NCBI GenBank assembly: GCA_027622555.1
Contig: JAQBYJ010000001.1
Span: forward strand, 10,108-74,107
DNA: 64,000 bases
DNA from: Verrucomicrobiota bacterium
GTDB taxonomy: Bacteria; Verrucomicrobiota; Verrucomicrobiia; Opitutales; UBA2995
Direction of reading: 5' to 3'
Positions 8,758-20,306 of the stretch are shown piece after piece. The position numbers and the translations under genes were made by a program. The notes beneath the pieces are model-generated. The model had not been told where the DNA came from. It made no database searches and was given only the letters and a program-made list of their open reading frames with translations. Each line of letters starts with the position of its first letter. Positions within the stretch are counted from its first letter, which is position 1.

Positions 8758-9826
8758 TCGAACCTTCGGAGGAATAAGTGCCTAGAGAAGTAAAAAAACG
8801 GAAATCACGGTTACCGTCTACTTGAGATGCGACTTCATCGGAAAGTTGAATGCCTAGATGCTCAAGCCAGGGAACCAGATCGATTTCCAAAGTGCTGACA
8901 CTGAGGGATTCTAGAAGTATATCTACTATCCAACTGAAGCCTTCAGGTATTATTGGAGTGAAACACAAACCAACGGAGATGCCGGTTTGAACTTCGAAAA
9001 ACCCGGTAGATGCTTGGAGCTCATGCATCAATTTTCGGAGCAAACGAGCCCCGATATCTTCAAAATCAAGTGTCTCAGAAAATAGTAGCTTCTTTGCCGC
9101 TTCTTCATCTTCCAGGCCCAACTCTTTTTGCAGTTTTGGGACCATTGAGTTTATTCCATGATCAACTTTCTTTGAAAGAAGCAGGCCTTTTTGACTAACA
9201 ATGAAGACATTTGAAAAATCACCTTGAATTTCAACCGAAAGAACAGGAGTGGAAATATTCTTCCACTTGAGATAATCCACAATTCCTCCCAAACACGAAA
9301 TAGAACCAATCTCAATTGAACGAGGGTATATACCCATCTCGACAAGAGATTCCTGGATTGAATCCAATTCTTTGGTATTACTACCGCAATAAAGTATGTT
9401 TTTGCCGAAGTTCGTTTCAAGATCGATCTCCGTACCCATTCCTGGGTGAAGTATACGAACATCTGAAACTTCGGATTCAATTTGAAACTCGGACTTAAGA
9501 TGATCTGAAAGAAAGTTTGGATCTTTCAGTTTCTTGGGATCAATGGAACTGCGACAAATAAATCGAGATTCAGGATAGACGGTACAATTTCCCTGAACAA
9601 TGCGACGTTTCCCATTTCCACTCGCCATTCCATCTATAATAGAACGAAACTTTTGTTCTTCAGTGCGGGGAAGCAGAACGAACTCTTGAACCGTTAATGG
9701 CGCTTCGAAAGCAGTTGCGGTTGCTCCGTAGTATGAGAACTCGGAGGCTTCGTAGAAAAATCCTTTTCTTTTTGAGGATAGCATGAGGACAACATTAGGG
9801 TACTCATCCTGATCCTGACGACCCAC
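8747..9826 (-). CDS. PilM-like actin-fold (ASKHA) pilus assembly ATPase-like protein
   Basis: 359 aa, cytoplasmic, first gene of the operon. Size and operon position match PilM. The sequence is divergent, so the family call is moderate. Confidence 0.5.
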   Translation of the reverse strand: MGRQDQDEYPNVVLMLSSKRKGFFYEASEFSYYGATATAFEAPLTVQEFVLLPRTEEQKFRSIIDGMASGNGKRRIVQGNCTVYPESRFICRSSIDPKKLKDPNFLSDHLKSEFQIESEVSDVRILHPGMGTEIDLETNFGKNILYCGSNTKELDSIQESLVEMGIYPRSIEIGSISCLGGIVDYLKWKNISTPVLSVEIQGDFSNVFIVSQKGLLLSKKVDHGINSMVPKLQKELGLEDEEAAKKLLFSETLDFEDIGARLLRKLMHELQASTGFFEVQTGISVGLCFTPIIPEGFSWIVDILLESLSVSTLEIDLVPWLEHLGIQLSDEVASQVDGNRDFRFFTSLGTYSSEGSNED

Positions 9827-9949
9827 TCAAGGTCTCTTTAAAGGTAATTAACACATATTTTTCTCGGAAGGAGTCTTTGAGCGGTGGATCTTTAAGTTTT
9901 CAGTAAAATATGAAGGAAGTGAAAATTACAAAACTACGCAGTTTCGTGA

Positions 9950-9995
9950 CAAAAAGAAAAAGCATTTCCCTACTAGGAGGAAAATGCTTTTTCAA
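9950..9995 (-). terminator. rho-independent terminator downstream of the bS22-like micro-ORF
   Basis: aaaaagaaaaAGCATTTCCctactaggaGGAAAATGCTttttc: about 9-bp stem (one bulge) with a T-run in the minus-strand sense (and also on plus). Confidence 0.55.
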
Positions 9996-10026
9996 AATTC
10001 AGTTTTAAAAGGTTAAGAACAGATTC

Positions 10027-10125
10027 CTAACCCCAAGAACGCTTCTTATGGCGATTTGAGCGTGAACGCTTACGGCGCTTATGCTTAGCGATCTTTTTGC
10101 GGCGTTTTTTCTTAAGATTACCCAT
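10027..10125 (-). CDS. 32-aa hyperbasic peptide, bS22-like (AURKAIP1/COX24-type small ribosomal protein candidate)
   Basis: Too short for the ORF track. Hand translation of the minus strand gives ATG..TAG = [32 protein letters not shown] (21 of 32 residues are K/R/H). It resembles the mycobacterial/Bacteroidetes bS22 pattern (M-G-x-x-KKRRK..K.KHRK...R). Has its own terminator. Confidence 0.6.
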   Translation of the reverse strand: MGNLKKKRRKKIAKHKRRKRSRSNRHKKRSWG

Positions 10126-10189
10126 AGAAATTAAAAATAAGGGCTGGAAAGTGGCTAATTTGAAAAGCCGAGTAAAGGCTATTTTTCAA

Positions 10190-10984
10190 TTAATCCTCAC
10201 AAAGCAGCCCAGACTTAACAAGTAAGGTTGATAACGGCGGAGGAACCTTAGCCTCCAAGTTGGATATTTCAGGAAAAACCCGGGAAATATTAATCTGTAT
10301 AAGAGATAGACCAACACCCGAAAATCGTGCCGACGGCTTTTGACTTTGTCTCTTGGTAGGTGGTTCAGGTTGCATTCTTCTTTGACAATATAGGCTTTCT
10401 CCGAAGGCCGGAATACCTGCCTCAAAAGCATGGAGACGGATTTGATCCATTCGTGGAAGCGAGGTTGTCGCCTTCCAAAGCGTCAATGAATCGGATTCAT
10501 TGATTTTGTTAAATCGAGTCGAAGATTTCTTCCCATACTTGTGGGAAATGACGGCTTTGGGTTCAATGGGATCCTGAGCAATTGGAAGGGCACATTCTAA
10601 ATAGCTTTCATCAGTTCTGGAAGCTGTCACCAAGTAATAAGTGAAGGAAAGCAAGTCCGATCCGAGAGCATTTTTAAGGCAATCTGCAGCAGATTTGTGT
10701 TTTGCGAAAAGTATGGGACCCCCAAAATCCGGTTCCGGACTAAAGACAAAATAAGCTCCATCGATATGTAATCGCTCAAGCTCACCCTTTCCCGAAGAGA
10801 TTTGATGACGAATCGCTGAACTGACATCTCGCCTACCAGGGAACCACGGATGAGCCTTACCCACCAATCCTGGCAATTTGTTTAGGGCAAACAAGTCAGG
10901 AGTATTCTCCAAAACAGGTAAACGCACCGGTTTTTCCAGAAGCATACCTTCTGGAAATCCGATAAATGATTGAGATTTAGACAT
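10190..10984 (-). CDS. RluA-family pseudouridine synthase homologue (divergent)
   Basis: 264 aa. [10 protein letters not shown] resembles the VVNKPxGL motif, [13 protein letters not shown] resembles TSGxxxxAK, and [23 protein letters not shown] resembles GRTHQIRVHxxxxGxPIxGDxxY. The HRLD catalytic motif is not recognisable. Confidence 0.5.
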   Translation of the reverse strand: MSKSQSFIGFPEGMLLEKPVRLPVLENTPDLFALNKLPGLVGKAHPWFPGRRDVSSAIRHQISSGKGELERLHIDGAYFVFSPEPDFGGPILFAKHKSAADCLKNALGSDLLSFTYYLVTASRTDESYLECALPIAQDPIEPKAVISHKYGKKSSTRFNKINESDSLTLWKATTSLPRMDQIRLHAFEAGIPAFGESLYCQRRMQPEPPTKRQSQKPSARFSGVGLSLIQINISRVFPEISNLEAKVPPPLSTLLVKSGLLCED

Positions 10985-11016
10985 AAAAAAGCCCCGGTAA
11001 GCAATTTACCAGGGCT
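10985..11016 (-). terminator. rho-independent terminator of rpsT
   Basis: Minus strand reads GCCCTGGTAAattgcTTACCGGGGCTTTTTT: 10-bp stem with one mismatch plus a T6 run, ending just before the next ATG. Confidence 0.75.
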
Positions 11017-11034
11017 GGAAAAAGAAAGACAGAT

Positions 11035-11292
11035 CTATGCAAAAATATACTTTGAGCAAGTAGACTTAAGCCGGCGCGCAGCATTGACATGAATAATCTT
11101 GGTCTTGGCTGCTTTGTCCAAGGCAGATACGAATGCAATTGCAGCTGATTTTGCTAGCTCTTTGTCGTCCGACAGTGCTGCAGCCCTAAACTTTTTATTT
11201 AAAGTCTTCAGACGAGTCTTTATACCGCGGTTACGTTCAGTCTGACCGGCGGTCTTACGGATATTTTTTATTGCTGATTTAGTGTTCGCCAT
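11035..11292 (-). CDS. rpsT: 30S ribosomal protein S20
   Basis: 85 aa, MANTKSAIKNIRKTAGQTERNRGIKTRLKT... Canonical bS20 N-terminus and size. Confidence 0.95.
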   Translation of the reverse strand: MANTKSAIKNIRKTAGQTERNRGIKTRLKTLNKKFRAAALSDDKELAKSAAIAFVSALDKAAKTKIIHVNAARRLKSTCSKYIFA

Positions 11293-11349
11293 AGTCGAAA
11301 ATTGTGGAACGCATCACGATGAAAGCGGTTCGCCTCATGTCAAGCGGTT

Positions 11350-11737
11350 AATGGAGTTAGCTTTGGACTTCGTAAGCCGGATTTTGTCGTCCCGAAGGAC
11401 GGGTATTCATTTATCTAACAGACGAGTCTGTTCTCCGCAAGCGAAGCGCGACATACCCGGGATCATTAAGCGGGCCACTTGATCCCCTATTTTGTCTTGC
11501 ACCAGAATGGGTTTATCCTGCCACTCCGATTACTCGGAAGTGCGGTAGGCTCTTACCCCACCTTTTCACCCTTACCTCTCGCAAGCGAAAGGCGGTATAT
11601 TTTCTGTGACACTAGCCGTCACCTCGGTTTGATCCGAAGTGCCCCCGTTTTCACGGGGAATCCTACCCTTTGGTGTCCGGACTTTCCTCTCATATTCAAA
11701 AGAACAAAAGCGAATACCTGAAATCCAAAGCTAACTC
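11350..11737 (-). ncRNA. rnpB: RNase P RNA, bacterial type A
   Basis: The minus-strand transcript contains the universal blocks GAGAGGAAAGUCCGGACACC (CR-I), GGUAAGGGUGAAAAGGUGGGGUAAGAGCCUACC, AGAUAAAUGA and ACAAAAUCCGGCUUAC. A P1 helix forms between 5'-GAGUUAGCUUUGGA (11737..11724) and UCCAAAGCUAACUC-3' (11367..11354). The ends are approximate. Confidence 0.92.
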
Positions 11738-12438
11738 GCTAAGTAAACAACCCTTCCGCAATTATCGCAAGTCGTCAATTCTTCTCCTTTACGAGATTGC
11801 TCGAGTGTTTCGTTTGAAACACGCAAGTGACAACCCCCACAATTTTGGATATTAATCGGCACGACAACCGGGAGCCTTATTCGACTTCCAAGGCGCTCAT
11901 AAGCTGATAAATATCCAGCAGCGATTGAGGTCTTAGCATCCGCCATTTTCGTAGTCGCCACCGTCAACTGCGCTTGTACCTCGATCTTCTTTGCCTCTAA
12001 TGTGGAAATTTCATTGCGAATGTTGGTCATCGCTGAGTCAAAAACAGATTCTCGCCTGGAGAATTCATTTGATTCCTCGTCTATCTCTAGCATTAAGCCA
12101 ATTTCCTCCTCCTCCCAGACCAAGATTTTTTTTTCTGTAAGTTCGATCTCGTGAGTCAGAGCCTGGTACTCTTCATTTTTCTTAACCAATAGTTGCTGGT
12201 TCTTGTATTTTAAAATTTTGTCCTGTGCAGATTTCACCTCCAGGTCGAGTTCGTTGCGTTGAACCTCCAAATGCTGGAGCTTAGCTTTCGAATCCTCCAG
12301 CGCTTTTGTATCAGCCTCCATTTCCGATTCTAACGTTTGAATTCCAGTTGGGATGGATTCCAGTTGGTCTTGGAGGCGACGGACTACCTGGTCACGATCC
12401 TGAAGAATAAGGAGTTTTTCGATCTGCTGATTTATCAT
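11731..12438 (-). CDS. COG1579/DUF164 zinc-ribbon coiled-coil protein
   Basis: 235 aa. Long coiled coil followed by a C4 zinc ribbon (CGGCHLRV...CDNCGRVVY). Confidence 0.8.
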   Translation of the reverse strand: MINQQIEKLLILQDRDQVVRRLQDQLESIPTGIQTLESEMEADTKALEDSKAKLQHLEVQRNELDLEVKSAQDKILKYKNQQLLVKKNEEYQALTHEIELTEKKILVWEEEEIGLMLEIDEESNEFSRRESVFDSAMTNIRNEISTLEAKKIEVQAQLTVATTKMADAKTSIAAGYLSAYERLGSRIRLPVVVPINIQNCGGCHLRVSNETLEQSRKGEELTTCDNCGRVVYLAS

Positions 12439-12452
12439 AGCCTGTTGTTTGG

Positions 12453-12866
12453 CTAGATGTAATACATACCATCCGTTTCTTCAGGCAAGAAGGATTCCAA
12501 AGAATAACTCATCGTTTTTTTCTTCAAGGATTCCACCACCTCTTTCCAGACCTTCTGAACTCCTGCTCCGGAAGCACCATTGCGACCTAAATTGATACCG
12601 AGTAACTCACCGTCAATCACGGTGATTATTTCGTAAAGAGAAATTTCGGAAGGCGCTTTGGCCAAAGAATACCCTCCCTGCTTGCCCCTTCTACTTTTAA
12701 TAAGTCCGCCATTTCTTAACTCGGTCAGAATCTGAACCAAATAGTTAGCGGGAATCTGTTCCAGAACTGCAAGCTCATCAATATGGGAAAATTTATGGTT
12801 TCCATAGGTACGACTAAGCTGCGCCAAAACACGGCAGGCATACTCAACTTTAAGGGACAATTTCAC
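12453..12866 (-). CDS. Rrf2 family transcriptional regulator
   Basis: 137 aa. MKLSLKVEYACRVLAQLS and a winged HTH (LVQILTELRNGGLIKSRRGKQGGYSLA). No C-terminal Cys cluster, so probably not Fe-S binding. Confidence 0.85.
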   Translation of the reverse strand: MKLSLKVEYACRVLAQLSRTYGNHKFSHIDELAVLEQIPANYLVQILTELRNGGLIKSRRGKQGGYSLAKAPSEISLYEIITVIDGELLGINLGRNGASGAGVQKVWKEVVESLKKKTMSYSLESFLPEETDGMYYI

Positions 12867-12980
12867 GCCAAAAACAAGAACCGCAGACTACAAGCTTTGT
12901 AAACATAAATAAAGACTCGCAAATGCCAAATACCTCAAAAAAATAAGTCGCTTTTATCTTCCTAGATAGCACTCTTATAA

Positions 12981-15509
<2,529 letters not shown>

Positions 15510-15540
15510 GTACGCCGAATTGAATTCATAATTTTTGTTG

Positions 15541-18033
15541 ATGAACTTGGAAAAAGATAGATCCACTCCGACTAGTATTACCGAAATAATGCAGAAGGCT
15601 TACATCGATTATTCGATGTCCGTCATCATAGCACGCGCCCTTCCGGACGCGCGCGATGGATTAAAGCCCGTGCAGCGAAGAATCCTCTACGCGATGCTGC
15701 GAGAAGGGTTACTTCACAACCGGCCCTTCGACAAATGCGCCGGTGTGGTTGGGGAAGTGCTTAAAAATTACCATCCCCATGGCGATATTTCCGTATACGA
15801 TACACTCGTTCGTATGGCGCAACATTGGGTGATGCGTTATCCCATGATCATTCCTCAAGGAAACTTTGGTTCCATCGATGGTGATCCTCCGGCGGCATAT
15901 CGTTACACTGAAGCGAAGCTACACGAGATTGCCGAAGACCTGATGGCTCAGATAGACGAAGATACGGTAGACTTCGTACCCAATTACAAAGAGAGCACAA
16001 CAGAGCCATCGGTAGTCCCGGCAGCGCTTCCAAATCTCTTGATGAATGGTTCGACCGGAATTGCAGTTGGGATGACAACCAATATCCCGCCGCATAACCT
16101 TGCCGAGCTCATCGACGCCACTTGCGCGATTATCGAAAATCCGATGATCTCGATTGATGACCTGATAACCATTATACCTGGTCCTGATTTTCCAACAGGA
16201 GGCACCATCGCCGGCCGTGAAGGAATACATAAATACCTAAGAACAGGCCGAGGTATTGTCCGAATCAAAGGAACTGTCACCACGGACGAGCTCAAGAGCG
16301 GTAAAGAACAAATTATCATAACAGAGGTTCCTTACACCGTAAACCGTGCCACCTTAGTCACAAAAATTGCTGAACTGATCTCACATAAAGTATTGCATGA
16401 GATCAGTGACCTTCGGGACGAGTCTGACGAAAATACACGTGTGGTTATTGAGTTAAAACGTGGAGAATCATCACGCGTAGTCATTAATAAACTCTATAAG
16501 CATACGCCGCTGGAGTCTTCTTTCGGTGTTATCCTGCTTGCTCTGGTCAAACGTCGTCCAAAACAAATGAACATCAAGGAAGTCCTTGAAGTTTATATTG
16601 AGCATCGGCGCGAAGTCGTAGTCCGAAGAACCCATTTCCGCTTAAGAAAAGCTGAGGCACGGGCCCATCTCCTAGAAGGCTACAAGATTGCCCTGGATAA
16701 CCTGGATGACTTTGTGAAAATCATCCGCGCTTCCCGAAATAGGGAAGAGGCCAAACAGGCATTGATGGCGAAGTATCCACTCTCCGAACGCCAGACAGAT
16801 GCGATCCTGGACTTACGTCTTTACCAACTAACCGGGTTGGAACGAGAGAAGATTGAAGAAGAATATCTGAATCTCATGCAGTTGATAGAGGAGCTGAAAT
16901 ATATTCTGGATAACGAAGGGAAACTCCTTTCCGTAATCAAGGAAGAGCTTCTAGCAATGAAGGACAAATACCCTTCTGAACGCCGAACCCAAATCGTGGC
17001 AGCAGAAGGTGAGTTCAGGATGGAAGACGTTATTGCCAACGAAGGCTGCGTGATATCCGTTTCTCATCTGGGCTTCATCAAGCGAACCAGCGTCAGCGAA
17101 TATCGTTCTCAAAAACGCGGAGGTAAAGGAGTCAAAGGTTCAGGATCCTACGAAGAAGATTTTATCGAGCACGTGTTCACTGCCAGCACTCACGACAACA
17201 TCATGTTCTTCATGAACAATGGCCGTGTGTATGTTGAAAAGGTTTACGAAATCGTTGAAGGAAGCCGTATTTCCAAAGGCCGTTCACTCGTCAATCTACT
17301 ACAGATGCAAGAAACCGAAAAGATTGCGGCGATGATCTGCGTCCCCGAGTTTTCCGAAGATTTAAACCTGATCAAAGTTACACGTAAGGGGATTGTTAAG
17401 AAAACAAATCTTGGAGCTTATTCAAACTACCGTCGAGGAGGCCTAATCGGCATCAACATCGATAAGGGAGATCAACTTAACAACGTGCTCCTTACAGATG
17501 GCGAAAACGAAATTCTACTTGTCACACACAATGGTATGTCGATCCGCTTTAATGAAAACGATTTGCGGAACCAAGGTCGAGCCACCAGAGGGGTGAAAGG
17601 CATTCGATTGAAAAAGCGGGACTATGTTAAATCGGCTGTGGTCGTTAACAATGAGGCAACCATTTTGATTGTCGGTGAAAACGGACAGGGAAAACGAAGT
17701 GACTTTGAAGATTACCGGCTGCAAAACCGTGCAGGAAGTGGCGTAATCGCCATGAAAACAGATGGTGTCGCTGGAGCTCTTTCCGTTAAGGAAGACGACG
17801 AGATCATGATTCTAACTTTAAGCGGTCAAGCCATTCGATCTCCGGTCAAGGACGTCCGCGTAATCGGAAGAACTACGCAAGGCGTTCGAATGATGAATCT
17901 TGCACAGGATGATAAAATAGTCGCGATTGCTGAGGTCGTTGAAACTGATGACATCGACGAGGAAGAAGAAGAAGATGAAGAAGAAAACGATGCCGAAACC
18001 ACAGAGGCGATTGAAGACACCAGCTCAGAGTAG
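15541..18033 (+). CDS. gyrA: DNA gyrase subunit A
   Basis: YIDYSMSVIIARALPDARDGLKPVQRRILY, the AAYRYTEAKL active-site Tyr region, a beta-pinwheel CTD and an acidic tail (DDIDEEEEEDEEEND). ATG at 15541; the track starts 6 nt earlier at a TTG. Confidence 0.97.
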   Translation: MNLEKDRSTPTSITEIMQKAYIDYSMSVIIARALPDARDGLKPVQRRILYAMLREGLLHNRPFDKCAGVVGEVLKNYHPHGDISVYDTLVRMAQHWVMRYPMIIPQGNFGSIDGDPPAAYRYTEAKLHEIAEDLMAQIDEDTVDFVPNYKESTTEPSVVPAALPNLLMNGSTGIAVGMTTNIPPHNLAELIDATCAIIENPMISIDDLITIIPGPDFPTGGTIAGREGIHKYLRTGRGIVRIKGTVTTDELKSGKEQIIITEVPYTVNRATLVTKIAELISHKVLHEISDLRDESDENTRVVIELKRGESSRVVINKLYKHTPLESSFGVILLALVKRRPKQMNIKEVLEVYIEHRREVVVRRTHFRLRKAEARAHLLEGYKIALDNLDDFVKIIRASRNREEAKQALMAKYPLSERQTDAILDLRLYQLTGLEREKIEEEYLNLMQLIEELKYILDNEGKLLSVIKEELLAMKDKYPSERRTQIVAAEGEFRMEDVIANEGCVISVSHLGFIKRTSVSEYRSQKRGGKGVKGSGSYEEDFIEHVFTASTHDNIMFFMNNGRVYVEKVYEIVEGSRISKGRSLVNLLQMQETEKIAAMICVPEFSEDLNLIKVTRKGIVKKTNLGAYSNYRRGGLIGINIDKGDQLNNVLLTDGENEILLVTHNGMSIRFNENDLRNQGRATRGVKGIRLKKRDYVKSAVVVNNEATILIVGENGQGKRSDFEDYRLQNRAGSGVIAMKTDGVAGALSVKEDDEIMILTLSGQAIRSPVKDVRVIGRTTQGVRMMNLAQDDKIVAIAEVVETDDIDEEEEEDEEENDAETTEAIEDTSSE

Positions 18034-18747
18034 TTCCAATTGATTCCCGTCGGTTATTCCACCTTTGCCGGGCTGGCTCCATTTAAGAAGTTGCTCCAGG
18101 GTAAGGGCCCTTAGTTCATCGTAAGTATGAAGTTGAAGAATTAAGACGGAAGAGGCCAAAGCATCGTATGGCGCGCAGTGAAAGGAATTTCTGGATTCGG
18201 GGCAAAATCGCTGAGCCAGAGCTTCCAGTTTTTCATTAAGGTCAAAGTTCGAGATGAGCTTAGAAAGATTGTAGCTTTCTAGATCTGGGAATAAAGCTCT
18301 ATACAATGCACAGGTGTCTAGCCAAGGTCCCCAATCTACATCCAGGGTACCTGTAATAAAATTCGGGCATTGAGTAACGAAAGGCCATACAGATTTAATT
18401 AATCCATTCTCCACTCCCGCATGATGTGCTGCAAAAGGTCCCTCCAATCGTTTGTCCCTGAATAAATTCCAGGATTCCGAAAAAGGGTCACTCAATTCAA
18501 CATCCGTTTGACGGATTTGGTGAGTAGCGGCCTCCATTTCTGGAATAGGCCCAATGGCTTGGCAGAGCCTGGTTTCCATTGCCACCACTTCCAAATCAAG
18601 AATTGTCACCAACCCATATTCAACAATGCCGCTTCGACGACTTCCTTCAAAATCCAAACAATGGATCGCATGCTTATGCCATGGCCTCGGGGTTTCTAAA
18701 ATGTCTTCAATCATTCTTTGCTTCCCAAGAAATGAGAAAGAAGACAT
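18025..18747 (-). CDS. DEDDh-type 3'-5' exonuclease (DnaQ/PolIII epsilon-like)
   Basis: 240 aa. ExoI-like LDFEGS, ExoII-like AAHHAGVENGL, ExoIII-like HCAPYDALAS (H-x4-D). Overlaps the gyrA 3' end by 9 nt (convergent). Confidence 0.65.
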   Translation of the reverse strand: MSSFSFLGKQRMIEDILETPRPWHKHAIHCLDFEGSRRSGIVEYGLVTILDLEVVAMETRLCQAIGPIPEMEAATHQIRQTDVELSDPFSESWNLFRDKRLEGPFAAHHAGVENGLIKSVWPFVTQCPNFITGTLDVDWGPWLDTCALYRALFPDLESYNLSKLISNFDLNEKLEALAQRFCPESRNSFHCAPYDALASSVLILQLHTYDELRALTLEQLLKWSQPGKGGITDGNQLELL

Positions 18748-18762
18748 AAAGCCAACTCAAAG

Positions 18763-19527
18763 ATGAATACCGATTCTTTCCTGCCGTTTCTGTCAGAGCT
18801 CCTCATTCAAAGTGGAGAGATCATAAAGCCATACTTTTTCAATCGGAAGTATTCGGTGGACCTCAAGTCGGATAACTCACCAGTTACCAAGGCTGATAAA
18901 GAAGCAGAGGAGTGCATAAGAAATCTGATACAAAAAGAATTTCCCCATCACGGAATAATCGGGGAAGAATTTGGCCAAGAAAACGAAGAATCAGAGTATA
19001 CCTGGGTGATTGATCCAATCGATGGGACCAAGGCCTTCATCACAGGTTCACCGCTTTTTACGACCCTTGTGGGACTCCTTTACAAAGGCGACCCCATTCT
19101 AGGCGCCATCCACCAACCCATTCTCGGCCTCAGCTGTATTGGTAATAATACAACGACTTCTCTGAATGGTGACCGCGTACGTTGCAGAACGACCGATAAA
19201 CTGGAAGAAGCGACGGTGCTGGCCTCGAGTATCAGAACAGCTGACCAATATCAGGATGGTGAAGCCTTTACGAAATTGGTAAAAACAGCCCGACTATTTA
19301 GAACCTGGGGAGACGGGTACGGATATCTTTTAGTAGCAACTGGACAGGCTGATGTCATGCTCGATCCCATTATGAATCCTTGGGATGTTTTACCTGTGAT
19401 ACCTGTTATACGCGGATCGGGAGCCCGAATTGGAAATTGGCAAGGGGGAGAAGACCATTGGAACTCTTCGATAGCAGCAACTCCGGCTCTATTCGATTCT
19501 GTAGTTAAGAAGCTTAACGGCGCTTAA
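18763..19527 (+). CDS. inositol monophosphatase family protein (possible HisN-type histidinol-phosphatase)
   Basis: 254 aa. IMPase motifs IIGEEFG, WVIDPIDGTKAFI, WDVLPVIPVIRGSG. Confidence 0.8.
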   Translation: MNTDSFLPFLSELLIQSGEIIKPYFFNRKYSVDLKSDNSPVTKADKEAEECIRNLIQKEFPHHGIIGEEFGQENEESEYTWVIDPIDGTKAFITGSPLFTTLVGLLYKGDPILGAIHQPILGLSCIGNNTTTSLNGDRVRCRTTDKLEEATVLASSIRTADQYQDGEAFTKLVKTARLFRTWGDGYGYLLVATGQADVMLDPIMNPWDVLPVIPVIRGSGARIGNWQGGEDHWNSSIAATPALFDSVVKKLNGA

Positions 19528-20197
19528 TGATACGCATTTCTTGTTTTACGGCAGCAATGGAATCTGCCTCAAGGACGCCATCGAAAGACATTGAAGGATA
19601 AACAATCGATCTTTTTCCAAGAACCGCTCCAGGATTCAATACGGTATTGCAGCCAATCTCTGCTTCATCTCCAACTAAAGCTCCTAGTTTTCTAAGTCCT
19701 GAATCAACGTGCCCTGTGTTGAGTTTGATTGGAACGTTGGCTTGGTCCAGCCTCAGGTTTGAACAAATAACTCCAGCGGCAAGGTGAGCTCCGTTTCCAA
19801 GAATAGAATCTCCCACATAGTTATAGTGGGGTGCCTGAACATTGTTGAGTAAAAGACAGTTTTTAAATTCAGAACAATTCCCTAAAACGCAATTCTCACC
19901 AACAATTACATTACCCCGAATAAATGCACCCGGGCGAATCTCTGTGCCTGCACCGATATACGCAGGACCTTGAATCACTACATTTGGACTGAGAACAACC
20001 GATGGATCTATAAAAACAGCTCCTTCTATAACAACACCCGGAGGAATAGAAGCGGGAATCGGAATCTGAGCCACGAAATCCGAGCTTTCCAAGGCAAGCC
20101 GAATTTGACCCACCCAAGACCAGGGAGTATCATCCCCTCCAAAGTAGGATTTGAACGGAAAATTGTCGGGGATTGAAAATAACTCCTCAGCTATCAT
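19514..20197 (-). CDS. left-handed beta-helix (hexapeptide repeat) protein, GlmU C-terminal-like acyltransferase fold
   Basis: Hexapeptide repeats are visible (VVIEGAVFIDPSVVLSPNVVIQGPAYIGAGTEIRPGAFIRGNVIVGENCVLG; PHYNYVGDSILG). Start taken at the internal ATG at 20197; the track ORF extends to 20269. Confidence 0.65.
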   Translation of the reverse strand: MIAEELFSIPDNFPFKSYFGGDDTPWSWVGQIRLALESSDFVAQIPIPASIPPGVVIEGAVFIDPSVVLSPNVVIQGPAYIGAGTEIRPGAFIRGNVIVGENCVLGNCSEFKNCLLLNNVQAPHYNYVGDSILGNGAHLAAGVICSNLRLDQANVPIKLNTGHVDSGLRKLGALVGDEAEIGCNTVLNPGAVLGKRSIVYPSMSFDGVLEADSIAAVKQEMRIIKRR

Positions 20198-20306
20198 AAG
20201 CAGACACAAGCGGTTAACCCTAAAAGGATCAATGGAAATGGTTCGAACCTTAGTCCTACTTTCTCCCACCTAAAAGGTCCGTTTCAACTCTGAAGCTGAA
20301 ATGGAC

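Noticed and set aside
11282-11855. Three plus-strand track ORFs (11282..11482, 11479..11721, 11670..11855) in the rpsT/COG1579 interval
   Set aside because: The interval is fully explained by RNase P RNA on the minus strand (CR-I GAGGAAAGUCCGG, GGUAAGGGUGAAA, ACAAAAUCCGGCUUA, P1 helix). The ORF products show no protein-like features.
17940-18033. Acidic Glu/Asp run at the GyrA C-terminus
   Set aside because: Acidic C-terminal tails are a known feature of many GyrA proteins, so this is not anomalous.
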